Assembly (NCBI RefSeq): GCF_006345805.1
Contig: NC_042998.1
Location: 30,938,001-31,002,000, forward strand
Direction of reading: 5' to 3'
DNA length: 64,000 bases
DNA from: Octopus sinensis
Taxonomy: Eukaryota
The position numbers and the translations under genes are program-made. Positions 61,552 through 64,000 of this stretch are shown one piece after another. Position 1 is the first letter of the stretch, and every line of letters starts with the position of its first letter. The notes beneath the pieces are model-generated. The model was not told where the DNA came from. It did no database searches and saw nothing but the letters and a program-made list of their open reading frames with translations.

Positions 61552-61941
61552 ACTCTTTTACTTGTTTCAGTCATTTGACTGCAGCCATGCTGGAGCACTG
61601 CCTTTAGCTGAGCAAATAGATCCCAGGACTTATTCTTTGTAAGTCTAGTACTTATTCTATCGGTTCTTTTGCCAAACCGCTAAGTTACGGGGACATAAAC
61701 ACACCAACATCGGTTGTAAAGCAATGTTGGGGAGACAGACACACAAATATATACACACACATACATATATACATATATACAATGGGCTTCTTTCAGTTTC
61801 CATCTGCCACATCCACTCACAAGGCTTTGGTCAGCCCAAGGCTATAGTAGAAGACACTTGCTCAAGGTGCCACGCAGTGGGACTGAACCCGGAACCATGT
61901 AGTTTGTAGGCAAGCTACTTACCACAAAGCCACTCCTACGC
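61552..61941 (-). mobile_element. SINE-1
   Basis: Matches the family. Confidence 0.9.
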
Positions 61942-62364
61942 AATAATGAGTGATGATAAGAGCAAGAAGAAGTGAGGGATAGTAAGAATAAAAAGAAGTC
62001 ATAATTTGGGTGGGGGGACTAATGGGAAAAAATGATAATTAGCAAAAGGACAGGCAATGGTAAAAGAGTTTGAATATGGATTGATAGGACATCAGCTCGT
62101 TACACAGGCAGCCTGACATGGTGTAATACGTGGGTGATGGTGGTAGTGGGGTTCCAATATGAACAGGTCTCTATTCCAATCTTCATCACAACCTCCATTT
62201 CACCATCATTTTGCCATACATCAATGGGTGGCTGGGTCTTGAATAAAGGTAATCTGCAACAACTTATTCCAAACAAGTTTTTCCTAAAAAAAATTTGTGC
62301 CTGAAAAATATTAAACAAAAAAAAAAAAGGGATCAGACTGGACTGTAGAAGAAAACTATTTAAC

Positions 62365-62509
62365 TTCTGTTGTGACTGGGGAGAGTCATTTTCTTTTTAT
62401 GCCTTTAACACACTCACTGGTAAAATTTCCACTTATTTCTTATTTTACCGATGAGGGTGTTAAATTATAAGACACAAAAAGAAAATGACTCTCTCCAGAC
62501 ACAACAGAA
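62365..62509. mobile_element. Small MITE-like inverted-repeat element
   Basis: TTCTGTTGTGACTGGGGAGAGTCATTTTCTTT pairs imperfectly with AAAGAAAATGACTCTCTCCAGACACAACAGAA. Confidence 0.6.
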
Positions 62510-64000
62510 TATGCTTCAACACACGAACTCATATAAAGAATCTTGCAAACAAAATCCGAAAACGAAACTATTTAACTTGATGTCTCTTAATTATGCACAA
62601 GGCTAATTGTTTGTAATCTTATAGAATAGTGTACTCAACTAAATTGATGGCAGTATTTTTGTCGTGTATATTTTTACCAGAGCTAAATGTAGAAACATTC
62701 CACTCAAGTAGGATTCTTGCTGATAACTGAGAGGGATGAAATTAAATTCTGCAGCACATTTGGTCATTTTCTTCTCCAATCAATATGAAATATGATAAGA
62801 CGGCGAGCTGGACGAATTGTTAACATGCTGAACAAAATGTTTAGCGCCAAAGTGAAGTAGCAGTCAAATATTGGATGCGATGTGATCGACAATTGCCTCC
62901 TAAGCAAAAAAAATTGTTGGCTTTGTGCCAAAATTTGAAACAATTCATTGTTGCTGGTCTTAACATGAATTATACTCTCAAGAAAAACCACGATTGGGAA
63001 AAATTCAAGGGAAATAACTACCAAAATATATTGCGAGTGATCTCCCTTGAAAAGTTTTTTGTTTGTAAATAGAATTTAAAAATTATGGAAATGTATTTGA
63101 ATAGCAAGTGACCTGATCTGCGATCGTGTGCTGAAAGAAAAACAATTGCAGCGTGAAAGGTGCTTGTAAGCCACTTAAGAAACACACAAAAACCGTTAGA
63201 TTCCCTTCAACATTTGAATTTAATTTGTCAAAATATTTTCGTCGCTTTTAGACCGCGACCTGTTCACTAACAAAATTCGGTGCTGCATCTGGTGGTTGAC
63301 ATGCAGCACGGAATTTTGTCAGTAAGAAGGCGGCGAGCTAGCAGAAACGTTAGCACGCCGGGCGTGGTTTATGCTTAAGCTGAAAAGGAAAGTGTATTTT
63401 GAATAAAAGTTTAAAATCTCAATTGAAGTCTCATATTGAATCTGTTTTATTCATATCAATAAGAAAGCTAAGCAAAAAAGATATTAAGTCATCTCCATCC
63501 ACATTTTCAGCTTCAATCAGCCTACTCCAAACATGTTGCATCAGCTACAAAGCCTGGTATTGCTAACTGTAACACATGGGTTTAAAAATATATCAAAATA
63601 TATGAGCTTGACCAGCTGCTCTCAGTTTGCGCCAGTAATTAGATAGGTTTTTAGCGGGAAAAAAATGTGAAAAACTATGGTCGTTTAGTGGATATTGAAG
63701 GAATTGTTCAGTTTACGAGCGTACCAAAAGTAATTAAAAAATTAAGGGGAGATAACTTCTAATAAAAAGTAGCAAAGGGAAGTAAATCAACTTCTTCCCT
63801 GAATTAAACCATAAGCTTTATTAAGGAATGATTGTGATGGCTCTATGACTACTATGAACTTTGTCAATAACGATTGTATGCATAAAGTTGTGTAATGCTT
63901 TATTAAATTTTCCTTCGTTCCACGCCATTATGACCTGGAAACGGAAATAAGGAATTGGTAGGACTACTAGGAAAGCTGCTGCTATAAAAAAGGTTCGAGA

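Noticed and set aside
63511-63560. Candidate next exon after 60776
   Set aside because: It does not encode the expected GLCG segment of VWD2, and the donor is weak.

Overview
Eukaryotic, AT-rich, repeat-dominated genomic DNA with one 100-N gap (15700-15799). The mix of tRNA-derived SINEs, RTE/CR1/Tx1 LINE remnants, MITEs and long microsatellites looks cephalopod, probably Octopus; this is an inference from remembered repeat families, not a database result. The only host gene is on the + strand: 13 GT-AG exons between 33658 and 60776 splice into one stop-free frame of 648 codons. It encodes EMI - EGF - TB/follistatin-N-like - VWD - reduced C8 - TIL - VWC-like - VWD, i.e. the N-terminal part of a large secreted SCO-spondin/hemolectin/VWF-like protein. 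Its signal-peptide exon was not found and its 3' part lies beyond the window. The rest is transposon-derived: Tx1/L1, CR1 and RTE LINE fragments, a Tc1 element, hAT/Tc1/piggyBac MITEs, two non-autonomous Helitrons and several SINE families. The ORF track misses the most notable signals. (1) There are ten minimal hammerhead-ribozyme motifs from four sequence families, including an element built as tRNA-like Pol III head + linker + hammerhead + tail, with Penelope-type tandem and inverted arrangements. (2) A SINE forms tandem arrays joined by a ~60-nt segment resembling the Tx1 LINE 3' end, mostly at the same junction. (3) An RTE LINE ORF2 ends in three C2H2 zinc fingers. (4) The first D assembly of the host protein appears to have lost cysteines in disulfide pairs. 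Novelty cannot be confirmed without Dfam/Repbase/Rfam searches.
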